DNA of 64,000 nt from Nitrososphaeraceae archaeon (GTDB lineage: Archaea; Thermoproteota; Nitrososphaeria; Nitrososphaerales; Nitrososphaeraceae), in assembly GCA_035297365.1 (NCBI GenBank), contig DATGZA010000011.1, positions 1-64,000 of the forward strand, in the 5' to 3' direction. The notes below the pieces were generated by a model. That model was not told the origin of the DNA and did no database searches. It saw nothing but the letters and a program-made list of their open reading frames with translations. The translations under genes and the position numbers were made by a program. Of the stretch, positions 31,371-42,685 are shown piece after piece (the first letter of the stretch is position 1; each line of letters starts with the position of its first letter).

Positions 31371-32018
31371 AGGAAAAAGCTAAATTTTGGATCAAGTATT
31401 ATTATTTTTTCAGTCTTTTTTGGTGATTCGTGGCATGTTACACCTTATTTTCTAATTTAAACTCTACAATATTCCTATTTTTAAGGGTTGCACCCCATGT
31501 AATTGTGTCGCTCGAACTTGTAGTACATAGAGATTAACTCTTGTAAAATGCTATTAGAACAAATTTTTTTTAATCTTTGTTATTAGTTATGCTTTGATTA
31601 TATACCCAATTTTTTAAAAGTTAACTAATGTGGTTCAAAAAATTAGATTGCTAACATTATAAATTCGACCCAATCCGCTTGAGATAATATGTTATGTAGG
31701 TATAAAAATTATGTCAAATTTGTTTCACAAACCACTGAAATAGATACAAAAATGTATCTAATGGTTATATCTTTTGTTGATCATTTTAAAAATTATAATT
31801 TATGAATGAGTAATATATTTAATATCCTTATTTTGTAAAATATTCAATTCTTTTCTTGAATGCGACCGAGTAGATATGAATTGCAATTACATAGTTTTAT
31901 TTTTGATTTAATGAATTAATAGAATTTATATGAATATAATTGTCATTTACTTTACTAAATGAACCAGATGTCTAAAACTTTTCAATTTCCTTTTCTAAAT
32001 ATTTGTATGATATTCATT

Positions 32019-32035
32019 ATTTCCGATTCGGAAAT
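32019..32035. promoter_or_regulatory. Palindromic operator ATTTCCGA-T-TCGGAAAT
   Basis: Perfect 8-1-8 inverted repeat; the same core recurs at 34311-34325. Confidence 0.65.
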
Positions 32036-32163
32036 TCACGATGATGATTATTAAAATAACATATTCATACCATACAAATATCTCGCATATAGTTTCCGAA
32101 ATGGAAAATAAAAACCAAAAATAATTCCGTAGAAAATATTATTACAGATGACGTAGTATAGTT

Positions 32164-32487
32164 ATGAATCAATTAAAAAATATAGATCTCTTCGAACTAG
32201 ATAGAGTGTTAGAGGATATTGCAAAAACATATGCTGCACCTTCAGCTACTGTATGGTTTAAAGTAACCAATAATGGTAAACCTTCGCAAGAAGAATATCA
32301 TGGAAAGGTTATTGAATTTATAAAAAAATTTGAAAATTTGCTAATATCTTGTTTTCCAAATAATGAACATTCAGATTACATGAAACAGTATATTTCAAAA
32401 AATATAAGATATGGAATCTCTTCAATTATTGCAGGAAATAACAAGGAAGTAGAAAGGAGGTATCGATATTACGTCGATTACAATTAA
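32164..32487 (+). CDS. Hypothetical protein
   Basis: 107-aa ORF; first gene of a two-gene unit. Confidence 0.75.
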   Translation: MNQLKNIDLFELDRVLEDIAKTYAAPSATVWFKVTNNGKPSQEEYHGKVIEFIKKFENLLISCFPNNEHSDYMKQYISKNIRYGISSIIAGNNKEVERRYRYYVDYN

Positions 32488-32509
32488 CAGGTAGGGATGA
32501 ATAAAAGAA

Positions 32510-33106
32510 ATGGCTTTAAATTTATATAAACTTGCATTTCCTGGAATATTAGCATTAATAGTAGTTGGAACGGTAGGCTTTCTACTTGCATTCAGTTATT
32601 ATCCAGAAAAACATGTAAATGTAAATATTGATGGAACATGTTATGAATTATTAGATACTTCTAATGAAAAACATAAAATTCTCAGAGCAGAAAATGAAAT
32701 CAACGTTAAACAAATGCAATTAAAAATGATTGAATATGATGATGCCAGTTTACCAATAGTCTTTAGTGGATTTAAAGAAAGTGTAAATGATTTCATAGAA
32801 CAATATAATATTAGAAACATAATATCAATACAAAAAGTTTCGGATAATGCAACATTCGATAAATTTATAGTAAAAGCAATACTATCAAAGAATGAGCTTC
32901 AGAAAATAGTAAATGATCTGACAGTAAGTGACTATTATCCAACAATAACCGTAAAAGGAAGTGTAGGACTCGGACCAAATAAATACATTAGTAGTGAAGA
33001 AGGGAAGATAATTTCAGCAGAATCAAAAGATTTTATGCAAAATGGCATCAAAAATATTGTTGAATCTAATGTTGGAATAAAATTAGCCGAATGTCGAAAT
33101 ATTTAG
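32510..33106 (+). CDS. Membrane-anchored hypothetical protein
   Basis: N-terminal TM then YPEKHVNVNIDGTCYEL. Confidence 0.75.
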   Translation: MALNLYKLAFPGILALIVVGTVGFLLAFSYYPEKHVNVNIDGTCYELLDTSNEKHKILRAENEINVKQMQLKMIEYDDASLPIVFSGFKESVNDFIEQYNIRNIISIQKVSDNATFDKFIVKAILSKNELQKIVNDLTVSDYYPTITVKGSVGLGPNKYISSEEGKIISAESKDFMQNGIKNIVESNVGIKLAECRNI

Positions 33107-33273
33107 CTAAAATGATAATAACTAATCATACCACTCATATAAAATCTAAAATGAACTGTTGATTTTTTTTGTTGATTAATACTTTTTTATCGAAAACATT
33201 ATTTAATCATTTTTAATTTCCATGTGATAGAAATCTTCATAAATCTAAAATATTAAAAATTACTAATTAGAAA

Positions 33274-34269
33274 TCATTTTAATTGTAGGTATTCTTGAGC
33301 ATCAAAATGTGTAGATAACTCTATTGATACTTTGTCAGAGAAAACTCCCAATAGTTCAAAATCACCTATGTCAAGTCTTTTTTTGCTAAACATAGCAAGA
33401 ACTCCTATTATTTTTCCTTTATGTTTCAAAGGATAACCAGCAAAAGATTCAAGTTTTTCTTTTTCTGCCCATTCAGGATATTTTATTCGTGGATCATTTA
33501 CCACATCATTACTAATAATCGGCTTACCAGTTTTAGCTATATAGCCAATTTTCAAAGAATCAACAGGTATTCTTGAGAATTCTCCGGTAATATTTTTATA
33601 TTTTCCAGCACTAAACTTTAGAATTAAATGTTGTTCATCTTCATCCAATAACCAAATCCTTGCAAATTTTGCATCAAAAAATTTTACTAGTCCATCTACA
33701 ATCAACTGTAGTTTATCTTGTAAAAATTGTGATCTTTCAACAGATTCAAGAATTTTATAGACAAGTATTTTTCTTTCAGTAAGTTTACTATCATTAAGAA
33801 AAGTATAGGGGGATAGTTTGAATGTCTTGGTTTCATAAGAACGATAGTCCATAATAATTTCTGCAAATCTTTGTAAGAAATTACTGCTTTCAAGTTCATA
33901 TTGTTCTACTGTATCAAATACAAAATGAAAAATCCAGTCATAGTCTCCGCTTGCTTTTGCCGAAAAAACACAAAATGGTGCCTCTTTTGAATAATTAATT
34001 AATCCATTAATTAAATTATTTGAAAATGACGTAAATTTGAATTTTAATAAAATAGTACGATTTACTTTCTGTGAGACTAGCTCGGGATTAATAATCGCAC
34101 AATATCCTAATATCACATTTCTATTCTCTAACCTTTTCAATCTCTGTCTTATTGCTCGATCTGTTATCTTGTAATCCATTTCATGAAGAATGTGAGCTAT
34201 CTGATATGCGGAAATTCGAGCGTTTTTTCCTAGTTCATGAAGGATAACCTTATCGATTTCATCTATCAA
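33274..34269 (-). CDS. Lrp/AsnC-family regulator with C-terminal GAF domain
   Basis: IDEIDKVILHELGKNARIS...RLKRLE...ILGY HTH; RAM-like GDYDW; GAF IGYIAKTGKPIISNDVVNDPR...SFAGYPL...IGVL. Confidence 0.88.
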   Translation of the reverse strand: MIDEIDKVILHELGKNARISAYQIAHILHEMDYKITDRAIRQRLKRLENRNVILGYCAIINPELVSQKVNRTILLKFKFTSFSNNLINGLINYSKEAPFCVFSAKASGDYDWIFHFVFDTVEQYELESSNFLQRFAEIIMDYRSYETKTFKLSPYTFLNDSKLTERKILVYKILESVERSQFLQDKLQLIVDGLVKFFDAKFARIWLLDEDEQHLILKFSAGKYKNITGEFSRIPVDSLKIGYIAKTGKPIISNDVVNDPRIKYPEWAEKEKLESFAGYPLKHKGKIIGVLAMFSKKRLDIGDFELLGVFSDKVSIELSTHFDAQEYLQLK

Positions 34270-34310
34270 GCAAATCTATATCTGTTCTATTTTTTTTGCT
34301 TATACAAATA

Positions 34311-34325
34311 TTCCGATTCGGAAAT
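34311..34325. promoter_or_regulatory. Second copy of operator TTCCGATTCGGAAAT upstream of the Lrp-GAF gene
   Basis: 15/15 identity with 32021-32035; about 42 bp upstream of the regulator start. Confidence 0.65.
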
Positions 34326-34520
34326 AATTATAGAAATAATTATAGTATTGTAAAAAACTGTCACAGTAATTTTCTTCCGCTTTATAGCAAATATACTTCC
34401 ATTTCGTTCCCTGTTGTAGATCATTGTTTTTTGTTGCTTTATAAATAAATAAATAAATTCCTAATACAATATAGCAATAGAAGAGAAATAGTAATAAGAG
34501 AAGGTAACCAAAATAATCTA

Positions 34521-35075
34521 ATGAAAAAAATCTCTAAAAGGAATACAGTAACAAGCTCTTTTATGATTGCCTATCTGGTGATCGCTAGTGGTGGATTATT
34601 GTTGTTATTTTCGTCAAGTGTAGGTCTAGTAATGGGAATTCCTCCTGGTGTAGTACAAGGAGACTATTTGTTTGGAAGAACAATAGGTATTGTAGAAGAC
34701 GAAAATGGAAAACCATTATGGATTATATCTGGAACGTGGAAAACTAATTTATCGAATCAAAGTCAAGTTACAGACAATTCAACTGTTTTTGATGCATCTT
34801 TTGAAATGATAAAACCTGATGGAACAGCAAAACATACACATACTCTTACCGATTATATCTTAACTGATGTTTCAAATCCAAATAATAACAGCACAATATT
34901 TAATGGAACAGCAACAATCAGTATGAAGGAAGCACCAATTACTGAAGTTCCTGTAAGTATTCAAGTAATGAATAATAATCTTGGTGTTATATCCATCGAT
35001 CCAAAAAAAACAGATAATCACTTTGGCACTAATCCAGTATATGGCATTCCTTTAGAAGAAAGTGAATATAAATAA
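34521..35075 (+). CDS. Secreted hypothetical protein (thaumarchaeal beta-rich family)
   Basis: WIISGTW, FDASFEMIKPDGTAKHTH and DNHFGTNPVYG. Confidence 0.8.
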   Translation: MKKISKRNTVTSSFMIAYLVIASGGLLLLFSSSVGLVMGIPPGVVQGDYLFGRTIGIVEDENGKPLWIISGTWKTNLSNQSQVTDNSTVFDASFEMIKPDGTAKHTHTLTDYILTDVSNPNNNSTIFNGTATISMKEAPITEVPVSIQVMNNNLGVISIDPKKTDNHFGTNPVYGIPLEESEYK

Positions 35076-35195
35076 AAGAAATCCTAGTGAATCTAGCGAT
35101 TAATTTTATTTTATTTTTTATTAGCAAAAGTATTTTATCGAAAAAGCTACAAGTTTATAGGTATAGTTAATATACTATTAATTTGTTATAAGTTT

Positions 35196-36167
35196 ATGAA
35201 TTTTAAAAATACCTTTTTTTTTAGCAGTATGCTGGTTTTATTGTCACTATTGATTTTTTTGAATAGTGTGACATTCAATTCCTCATTTGCAGCAACAGAA
35301 TATGAACACAAAATGAAATGGGGAGCAAAAGGTGTTGCTATTGGTCAATTTAATCAGGCAGGTGGAATTGCTTCTGACTCTGAAAATAATATTTATGTTG
35401 CCGATTTTACTGGTCGTTCAAATATGATTCAGAAATTTACAGATAACGGAACCTTTATCCTTGGTTTTGGTACATTAGGTAATGGCCCCCAATATTTTAC
35501 TAATCCTGCTGGTATAGCTGCTGACTCTGAAAATAATATTTATGTTTCTGATTTTGGAAATCCTAATTATGCTATTAAAAAATTCAGCAATGATGGAAAA
35601 TTCATTACTTCATTTGGATCATTTGGCCTTGGAGATGGAGAATTTATTAGCCCCGGTGGATTAGGTGTAGATAAAAAAAATAATATTTATGCTACTGATT
35701 TCGGAGAAAATAATAATGTACAAAAATTTGACCAAAATGGTAATTTTATAATGAAATTTGGTACTTATGGAACTGGAGATGGACGATTCTTAAATCCAAC
35801 AGATGTAGCAACAGATTCAGTTGGAAATATATTTGTTGCAGATTCTTTTAACAATCGTGTACAAAAATTTGACCAAAATGGTAATTTTATAATGAAATTT
35901 GGTAAACTAGGTAATGGTAATGGAGAATTCAATACTCCTATAGAATTAGCAATTGATTCATCTGATAATATCTTTGTCGTTGATAATGATAACAATCGTG
36001 TACAGATATTCAATAGAGATGGAGGATATATTACTCAATTCGGAAATCAAGGTACTGCCTCTGACAGAATTCAAGATCCAATTGGTATCGCACTAGATTC
36101 TTCTGGTAATGCATATGTAGCTGATGGAACGGATAGTGATGTACATGTATTCAGTCCAGTAAAATAA
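35196..36167 (+). CDS. Secreted NHL-repeat six-bladed beta-propeller
   Basis: Six repeats of F..P.GIA.DS..NIYV.D..N.RVQKF. Confidence 0.93.
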   Translation: MNFKNTFFFSSMLVLLSLLIFLNSVTFNSSFAATEYEHKMKWGAKGVAIGQFNQAGGIASDSENNIYVADFTGRSNMIQKFTDNGTFILGFGTLGNGPQYFTNPAGIAADSENNIYVSDFGNPNYAIKKFSNDGKFITSFGSFGLGDGEFISPGGLGVDKKNNIYATDFGENNNVQKFDQNGNFIMKFGTYGTGDGRFLNPTDVATDSVGNIFVADSFNNRVQKFDQNGNFIMKFGKLGNGNGEFNTPIELAIDSSDNIFVVDNDNNRVQIFNRDGGYITQFGNQGTASDRIQDPIGIALDSSGNAYVADGTDSDVHVFSPVK

Positions 36168-36256
36168 TATTCAATATAATAAATTTTTTTACATTTAATA
36201 TTTAATACATCCGTTAATTATTTTTCCTTAAATGTGCCATAATCTTCTATATAACA

Positions 36257-37195
36257 ATGATTAATCTAAAATTAAAGATAGATCATGTACATCTTAAAGT
36301 ATCAGATTTAGAAAAATCTCTTGAATTTTACCAGTCAATCCTTGGATTTAAAATAGTTAGACGAGAATCTAATACTGCATTTCTTTCATCAGATATCAAC
36401 AACTCATCTTTTTTTTTGATTGCACTTACAGAATTAAATAATGCTCTCAAAGCTCAAAGGAAACAAAGAGTAGCAGGATTATATCATTTTGCGATTTTAT
36501 TACCAGAAAGAAGATATTTATCATATTTTCTTAAACATATACAAAAAAATCTTATAACTGAATATTATGAAGGTATGGCAGATCATGCAGTATCAGAATC
36601 TATATACATACATGATCCTGATTTTAATGGAATTGAAGTTTATAGAGATAGAGCTCCCTCGGAATGGAAATGGAACGATCATACAGTACATATGGTTACT
36701 GAACCATTAGATGTACAAGGTCTACTGAAAGAATCGATCGATGGGAATAATGAATGGAATGAACTTCCTCCCAAGACATCTATAGGTCATGTCCATTTGC
36801 ATGTCTCTAATCTTGCTAACGCAAAAAAATTCTATCAAGAGATTTTGGGTTTAAATCATACTGCTACTTTTCCGGGCGCATATTTCTTTGCTGCAAATAG
36901 GTATCATCATCATGTTGCTACCAACACCTGGCTTGGAGAAAACATTCCTTCTGCAATTGATAATAGTAGACTAGGGTTAGATCATTATGCCATAAATGTA
37001 GATAGTCAAAATGATTTATTTTTCCTAAAGAATCGTTTTTTAGAATTTAAAATAGTTATTGATGAAGAACAACTAATTGAAAATGATAATAAATACCCTT
37101 CATCGTTCTACGCTTATGATTATGATGGTATAAAAATACAATTTTTGTATAATAATCCCACAAAAAAATACAATAAATTAAACAATACAATATAA
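36257..37195 (+). CDS. VOC family protein, catechol 2,3-dioxygenase (CatE)-like
   Basis: HVHLKV, GLYHFAIL, DHAVSESIY..DPDFNGIEVYRD, IGHVHL and YHHHVATNTW. Confidence 0.9.
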   Translation: MINLKLKIDHVHLKVSDLEKSLEFYQSILGFKIVRRESNTAFLSSDINNSSFFLIALTELNNALKAQRKQRVAGLYHFAILLPERRYLSYFLKHIQKNLITEYYEGMADHAVSESIYIHDPDFNGIEVYRDRAPSEWKWNDHTVHMVTEPLDVQGLLKESIDGNNEWNELPPKTSIGHVHLHVSNLANAKKFYQEILGLNHTATFPGAYFFAANRYHHHVATNTWLGENIPSAIDNSRLGLDHYAINVDSQNDLFFLKNRFLEFKIVIDEEQLIENDNKYPSSFYAYDYDGIKIQFLYNNPTKKYNKLNNTI

Positions 37196-37400
37196 GAAAA
37201 AATCATTCAACGTAATTATCAATATGTTTCTTACATACATATTGTCATTTGGGATTTTATATTTAGTATTCTTAGTCTTTTCAATATATATGAAATATCA
37301 GGTATGAACATTTTTTTGTAAAATCAATTCATTGTTATTTCAATAAAATTTTTAGTAAGACACAAAATCTCATCGATATTATTTTTTTATTTATTTCTTT

Positions 37401-37895
37401 TTATTGTGTAACCTCTTTCTTTGACATTGTTGTACAGAAATCCTCCGCTGCTTTTTTAATTTCCTCTGGGGAAAGATCTTTCTTATGAGTTGCTATTGAC
37501 CACTGATATCCAAATGGATCTTTTATTGAACCAACACGATCTCCCCAGAATGCATCGTTGACTGGTTCAATTACAGTAGCACCAGCAGATACAGCTTGAT
37601 TGAACGTCGAATCAACATCATTGACGTATACATAAAGCCAAACTGGATTTCCTCCTACAGATTGAGGTGAAAAACATTTCATTTCTTTGGATTCTTCAGA
37701 AAGCATAATAACAGAATCTCCAATTCTAATTTCTGCATGCATGATAGTGTTATTATCAGGTCCATACATGCGATGACGTTCTTCTGCGTTGAATGATTTT
37801 TTATAAAATTCTATCGCATGTTGTGCATCTTTTATGATTATGTAAGGTGTAATTGTATGATAATCATCTGGTACTGGCTTTACATTATCTATCAT
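37401..37895 (-). CDS. VOC/glyoxalase PhnB-like protein
   Basis: AIEFYKKSF, MHAEIRIGDS and DAFWGDRVGSIKDPFG. Confidence 0.92.
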   Translation of the reverse strand: MIDNVKPVPDDYHTITPYIIIKDAQHAIEFYKKSFNAEERHRMYGPDNNTIMHAEIRIGDSVIMLSEESKEMKCFSPQSVGGNPVWLYVYVNDVDSTFNQAVSAGATVIEPVNDAFWGDRVGSIKDPFGYQWSIATHKKDLSPEEIKKAAEDFCTTMSKKEVTQ

Positions 37896-38213
37896 ATTTG
37901 TAATAATCAGCGTTCCTTAAATTTATAAATTTGCTTATTAGATTATATAGAAAATGGTCAAAAATATTAAAAATTTAATTTTAGTACGTCACTTAATCAC
38001 ATTCATTTTGAAACAATAAATTTTTTATTTACTTTGAATTAACTATCTCTTACAAGCATTATCCAAATACATGATAATCTTAGAAAGAGACCAGAATTTA
38101 ATCAAATTTGTTTCTTATAGGAGATGATTATACTATAGAGCTAAAAACTATATATATCTTCAGAATGACATCATACATACTTATTAAATACCTCGCAATT
38201 ATATTTTCAGAAC

Positions 38214-39248
38214 ATGCTGCAAGAAGTCGACAATGTAAAGATTACAATTTTGGTAGATAATATGACTGATATGTTATTACCCAGCTCACCATTAGTGGAA
38301 CGACCTCCAATGATAAGCAATCAAAAATTTAATAAACCCCCAATTGCAGAACATGGTTTTTCGGCACTGTTACAAATATCATACGTATACAAAAATGAGA
38401 AACTAATCAATAAATTTCTTTTTGATACTGGAGTTAGTGAAAATGGTGTTATTTACAATTCAGATATCTTTGCTATAAACTTTAGAGATATTGAAACTAT
38501 AGTATTAAGTCATGGGCATTTTGATCATTTTTCAGGACTCGTAAGTGTTTTAAAAAGAATTAACAAACCAACAAAAATTATAATGCATCCAGATGCATTA
38601 CTTAAACGATGGATTGTATTTCCTAATGGCAATAAAGCAAAAATGGATGCCTTAAATGAAAAAACAATAAGGGACGTCAACGGCATAATAGTTAAAGAAA
38701 GTGGACTAAATTATTTGCCATACGAAAAGAAAATTATGAATAATAATGCAGAAGATTATGAAGATAATAACAGTCAATATAATAATGGGAATAGAAGAAT
38801 ATTAATAACTGGAGAAATACCAAGAATTACAACTTTTGAGAAGGGATTTCCATTACAATACAAAGAAGATATAGATGAAAGTAATCTTCTTATTCCAGAT
38901 CCTCTTGTTAAAGATGACCAAGCCCTGGTAATGAATCTAAAGAATAAGGGCTTGGTTATACTGAGTGGTTGTGGTCATGCTGGAATAATAAATACTATAA
39001 AATACGCTACAAAAGTTACAGGAATTAAAAAAATTTTTGCAGTTATCGGTGGATTTCATCTATCAGGAGAAGGATATGAACGTGCCATTTCTTTGACAGT
39101 AAACGAACTTAAAACAATTGATCCAAAGTATATCATTCCATGTCACTGTACCGGCTGGAAGGCTTCTAATAAAATAATTAAAGAGATGCCACAAAAGTAT
39201 ATACAAACAAGTGTTGGGTCTACATTTGTTTTTAATTCATTCGAATAA
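38214..39248 (+). CDS. MBL-fold metallo-hydrolase (7,8-dihydropterin-related synthase family)
   Basis: AEHGFS, FDTG, LSHGHFDH, GCGHAG, GGFHL and PCHCTG. Confidence 0.9.
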   Translation: MLQEVDNVKITILVDNMTDMLLPSSPLVERPPMISNQKFNKPPIAEHGFSALLQISYVYKNEKLINKFLFDTGVSENGVIYNSDIFAINFRDIETIVLSHGHFDHFSGLVSVLKRINKPTKIIMHPDALLKRWIVFPNGNKAKMDALNEKTIRDVNGIIVKESGLNYLPYEKKIMNNNAEDYEDNNSQYNNGNRRILITGEIPRITTFEKGFPLQYKEDIDESNLLIPDPLVKDDQALVMNLKNKGLVILSGCGHAGIINTIKYATKVTGIKKIFAVIGGFHLSGEGYERAISLTVNELKTIDPKYIIPCHCTGWKASNKIIKEMPQKYIQTSVGSTFVFNSFE

Positions 39249-39752
39249 AACATAATAATAATATTTAATATGCTCAATAAAATTGTTAAATTTGTTTCAG
39301 AAACCACAATTCATATTATTGCTTTGCCTGTTTTTAGATCGATTAGGTTACTTAACTTTAGGTTCCTTTTTTCATATTTTCTAATATCTTTGTAATCTGC
39401 TATCTAATTTTTATCGCTTTCATATTGTTTATGTGGTTAATTTTTCATTTTCTTTCTGCTCAATACTCTTCTTATCTTTTAACTCAATCTATAAGATTTG
39501 GCAAAAGTATGATTTGCCCTTAAACATAAATTTTGTTGGGATTAAATTGAAAAATTAAAAAAGTCTATTACTCTAGCGATATTCTTCCTTTTTGGACCAT
39601 TCACCTTTGCTTATAACTAGATGATTTGATTTTGTACCTAAACATCAATTGCTATTCTTTTTCTTGATGATTATTCAGAATGATTAAATACTACAAGATC
39701 ATATAATGTTCCTTCTAAGCTCAGATATATTAAATTCATATTTAATTTTGCA

Positions 39753-40208
39753 ATGAGCAATCAAAAGATAGTTCTGGCTTCTATTACAGTGATGGTAGTC
39801 GCAGGTTTACTGGCCCTGAACCCATCAATGATAGGAAATGCACAGGCACAAATATACGACAATCAATACGGATACGACAATAACTATTACCAAGACGACA
39901 ATAGTTATAGTTATGATAAAAAGGATCCAAAGAGCTCTCATGTAGATATCCAGAAAATAAAGTGTGTCAACAGTAACGTCAATGTAAATGGTATAGATAT
40001 TACCAAGATACAAGATCCGACCTCGTTGGGAGCAACAAATGACTTGGCTGGCAATGAAGCAGACGGTCCAGATGGCACAAATACACAAAATGGTAACGGC
40101 GGTGGAGATAGAATCAACTTCGACAGGAACCTCGTAAATATATGTGTCAACCTCAACTTTAACAACCAAGAAAGAATACCTTTTGTTGTTGAAGACCTAT
40201 TAGGATAA
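39753..40208 (+). CDS. Secreted Asn/Tyr-rich hypothetical protein
   Basis: Signal peptide (..AQAQ), YDN repeats, IQKIKCVNSNVNVNGIDI...NLVNICVNLN. Confidence 0.8.
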   Translation: MSNQKIVLASITVMVVAGLLALNPSMIGNAQAQIYDNQYGYDNNYYQDDNSYSYDKKDPKSSHVDIQKIKCVNSNVNVNGIDITKIQDPTSLGATNDLAGNEADGPDGTNTQNGNGGGDRINFDRNLVNICVNLNFNNQERIPFVVEDLLG

Positions 40209-40410
40209 ATTTACCTACCATTCTTTTTTTTATTTGAATTATTAATTCGTTTAATATTCTAGCAATAGGTCTCCTTCGATGTTATAGATAATGTTAATAT
40301 GGTTACTCCAAATTCGTCATTGTGTAAATATATAAACACTTTGGTTTCTAAAGTATTTAATAACACAATATAAAATGTTATTGAACCCTACTAATACACG
40401 TGGCTCGTAG

Positions 40411-40439
40411 AATAGTCAAGTGTTTTTGACACACAATTT
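40411..40439 (+). repeat. Dispersed GTCAA-N6-TTGAC element, copy A
   Basis: AATAGTCAA GTGTTT TTGACACACAATTT. Confidence 0.8.
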
Positions 40440-40674
40440 GAATTTCAAAATAAGAAATTTGTAGTTGATAATCCTGGTTAAAATAAAACTATTGATCTAA
40501 ATGTTGCCATGACTGTAAATGGTTAGCTAAATGTGTTAGTAATGTGAGTTACACAACATGACAATATAATCAATAGATCCAGAATTTGAAATTCCGAATT
40601 CTTTTCTCTACTAATTTTATAGAAACTTTGATTAGAAAGTATTTTAAAAAGATTCTTTAATAAATAATTTAGGG

Positions 40675-41046
40675 ATGTTCCTAGATAACAAAAATACTTT
40701 TTATTTAGTAGTCATATTGTCTGCTTCATTTTTAATCGGTGGGATGATAACAGCACCGGTAGTTTCTAAAATATATGCTGATCCTGATACCAAATTCTTC
40801 AAAAAAGAAAATATAAAGATACAATATGATAAGAAACACAAAGACAAACACCACAAGTATAACGACAGATGTTATGACAACCATCATTATAAATACAAGC
40901 ACAAATACCACAAGTATAACGACAGATGTTATGACAACCATCATCATAAATATTACAAAGATCATAAACATCATGACAACCATCATCATAAATATTACAA
41001 AGATCATAAGAATTACAAACACGATAGAGAGTATCATAAATACTAA
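40675..41046 (+). CDS. Secreted or anchored His/Lys/Tyr/Asp-rich repeat protein
   Basis: Hydrophobic N-terminus; HKYNDRCYDNHH x2 and DNHHHKYYKDHK x2, from DNA-level duplications. Confidence 0.75.
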   Translation: MFLDNKNTFYLVVILSASFLIGGMITAPVVSKIYADPDTKFFKKENIKIQYDKKHKDKHHKYNDRCYDNHHYKYKHKYHKYNDRCYDNHHHKYYKDHKHHDNHHHKYYKDHKNYKHDREYHKY

Positions 41047-41080
41047 TTTTATTAGAATAATAGGATCTGTAAATTAAAGA

Positions 41081-41192
41081 ACAAATAAAGAAGCAACATA
41101 TAATTACTATCAGAGTTTCGATTGAAAAAAATAATGGACTTATCTTACCAATGGGTAAATTTAAAGTGTTAAAATTAGCAGAAGATAAATAG
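41081..41192 (+). pseudogene. Fragment of a paralog of the cupredoxin-like gene at 9645
   Basis: NKEATYNYY/RVSIEKNNGLILPMGKFKVLKLAEDK versus DKEGTYNYYDRVFLEKNNGSIVPIGEFKTLRVAGD. Confidence 0.7.
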
Positions 41193-41765
41193 CCCAAAAT
41201 CATCCTCCTATAAACAATTATGCTATTGGCTAATTGTACTATACCAAGATAGTTCTCTTTTTTCTTTTCGTACCTTGCAAATAACATTATTTGCTAACAC
41301 CTATTCTTCTTGTCTATATCGTATGGAATTCATGAATTATGTCATTTGAAAATTCAAGGACATTCCTATCATTTTTAGAGTTTTTTTAAACAATTTGTAC
41401 TTGAATATCGGAAAAAAATTACTGGCTTCATAGAATTACGAGAGCTTGATATCATTAAACGACCCTGATTTTTACAATTCTATTTTTTTATACCCAATAC
41501 GATTTGATAACCTTTTAAAATCATTTTGATAATGCTTGTTTCAAATACCTATAAATTTTTCAAAAAGGTTATGAACTATTTATAGGGATATGGTTTTTTA
41601 TCTTAATATTTGCAGAATATTTAGTAATTACCTAAAGAATCAACTTATCTTCGCGATCATTTAACAAATCAAGTATGGTATTGGAAAATTTATCGAGGGT
41701 TCTTTGTTAGTGGCGGCACAAATATTGAAAAATAAGATCGATATGCTATAATACTACTTTTTTTA

Positions 41766-42335
41766 TTGGAAAATGTGGGCTATGATAATGAAGAATATGA
41801 AAAGAAAATGCTTATAGATTTCCTAAAATTAACTAAAGAGAGATTTCATATTTTAATAGATAGTGAAAATGGAGACCTCAGAACCATAATTTCTGATGAT
41901 ATGAGACCTCTTCTTCCTTTGTATGAAAGAACATATAAAGATGTTGAGAAGAATATCGACAGGTGTATGGAGATAATACCAAATATACCATACGGCCTTT
42001 TAGTTCGACATGGATTTACCAATAATCATCTTATTCTTAAATTAATTCAGGTAGATATATGTTGGATAAATATAGTAACTATAAGAAAAGATCCTTTAAA
42101 AAAATTTGATAAAATATACAAGGATCAAAAGGAACCATCTAAGGAAGAAAAAGGTAAATGGGAGTATTTTAAAGATAAACTAAGAAGAAATTGGTATAAA
42201 TTTCTAAGAGCAACTGATAGTTGTATTTTTGAAAGCTTAAATGATATTATTAATACAATGCCGGGCCAGTATGGAATTTTCAGTATGGTTAAAGAATGGA
42301 AAAATTCCGTAGAAATAGCAATTGAAGAAAAATAA
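41766..42335 (+). CDS. Hypothetical helical protein
   Basis: 189-aa ORF; no family recognised. Confidence 0.65.
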   Translation: MENVGYDNEEYEKKMLIDFLKLTKERFHILIDSENGDLRTIISDDMRPLLPLYERTYKDVEKNIDRCMEIIPNIPYGLLVRHGFTNNHLILKLIQVDICWINIVTIRKDPLKKFDKIYKDQKEPSKEEKGKWEYFKDKLRRNWYKFLRATDSCIFESLNDIINTMPGQYGIFSMVKEWKNSVEIAIEEK

Positions 42336-42629
42336 ATCTATGGTACTTAGTATATCAAATTTCATTAAAGTTGAGAAAATTTGTACCTTGATCTTGAAAA
42401 ATTTGTCCCAACTTGAAAATAGAATATCGCAATTAAACTACTAAAATTGATAAATTTACTCTCAAGCTAAACGTACTTGAATTCATTTGAAAATAAGAAA
42501 ATAAAAAAACTAAATCAAGTTTGATTCTCTCTCACACACCACCCTCTGTTGATTCTTTTCTGATGTTTGATATAATTTGAATTGTTGTGTTTTCTATAAA
42601 ATACTTTCCAAATCATATGATGCAGCAGA

Positions 42630-42685
42630 GCCTTGATACTATACGGGCTAGGAGGATAGTCAACTGATTTTGACACAATTTTGTA
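42630..42685 (+). repeat. Dispersed GTCAA-N6-TTGAC element, copy B (long form)
   Basis: GCCTTGATACTATACGGGCTAGGAGGATAGTCAA CTGATT TTGACACAATTTTGTA. Confidence 0.85.

Noticed and set aside
40732-41287. Alternative repetitive ORFs 40732..41037, 40799..41287 and 40826..41077
   Set aside because: Other frames of the His-rich repeat; only 40675..41046 has a signal peptide and a plausible start
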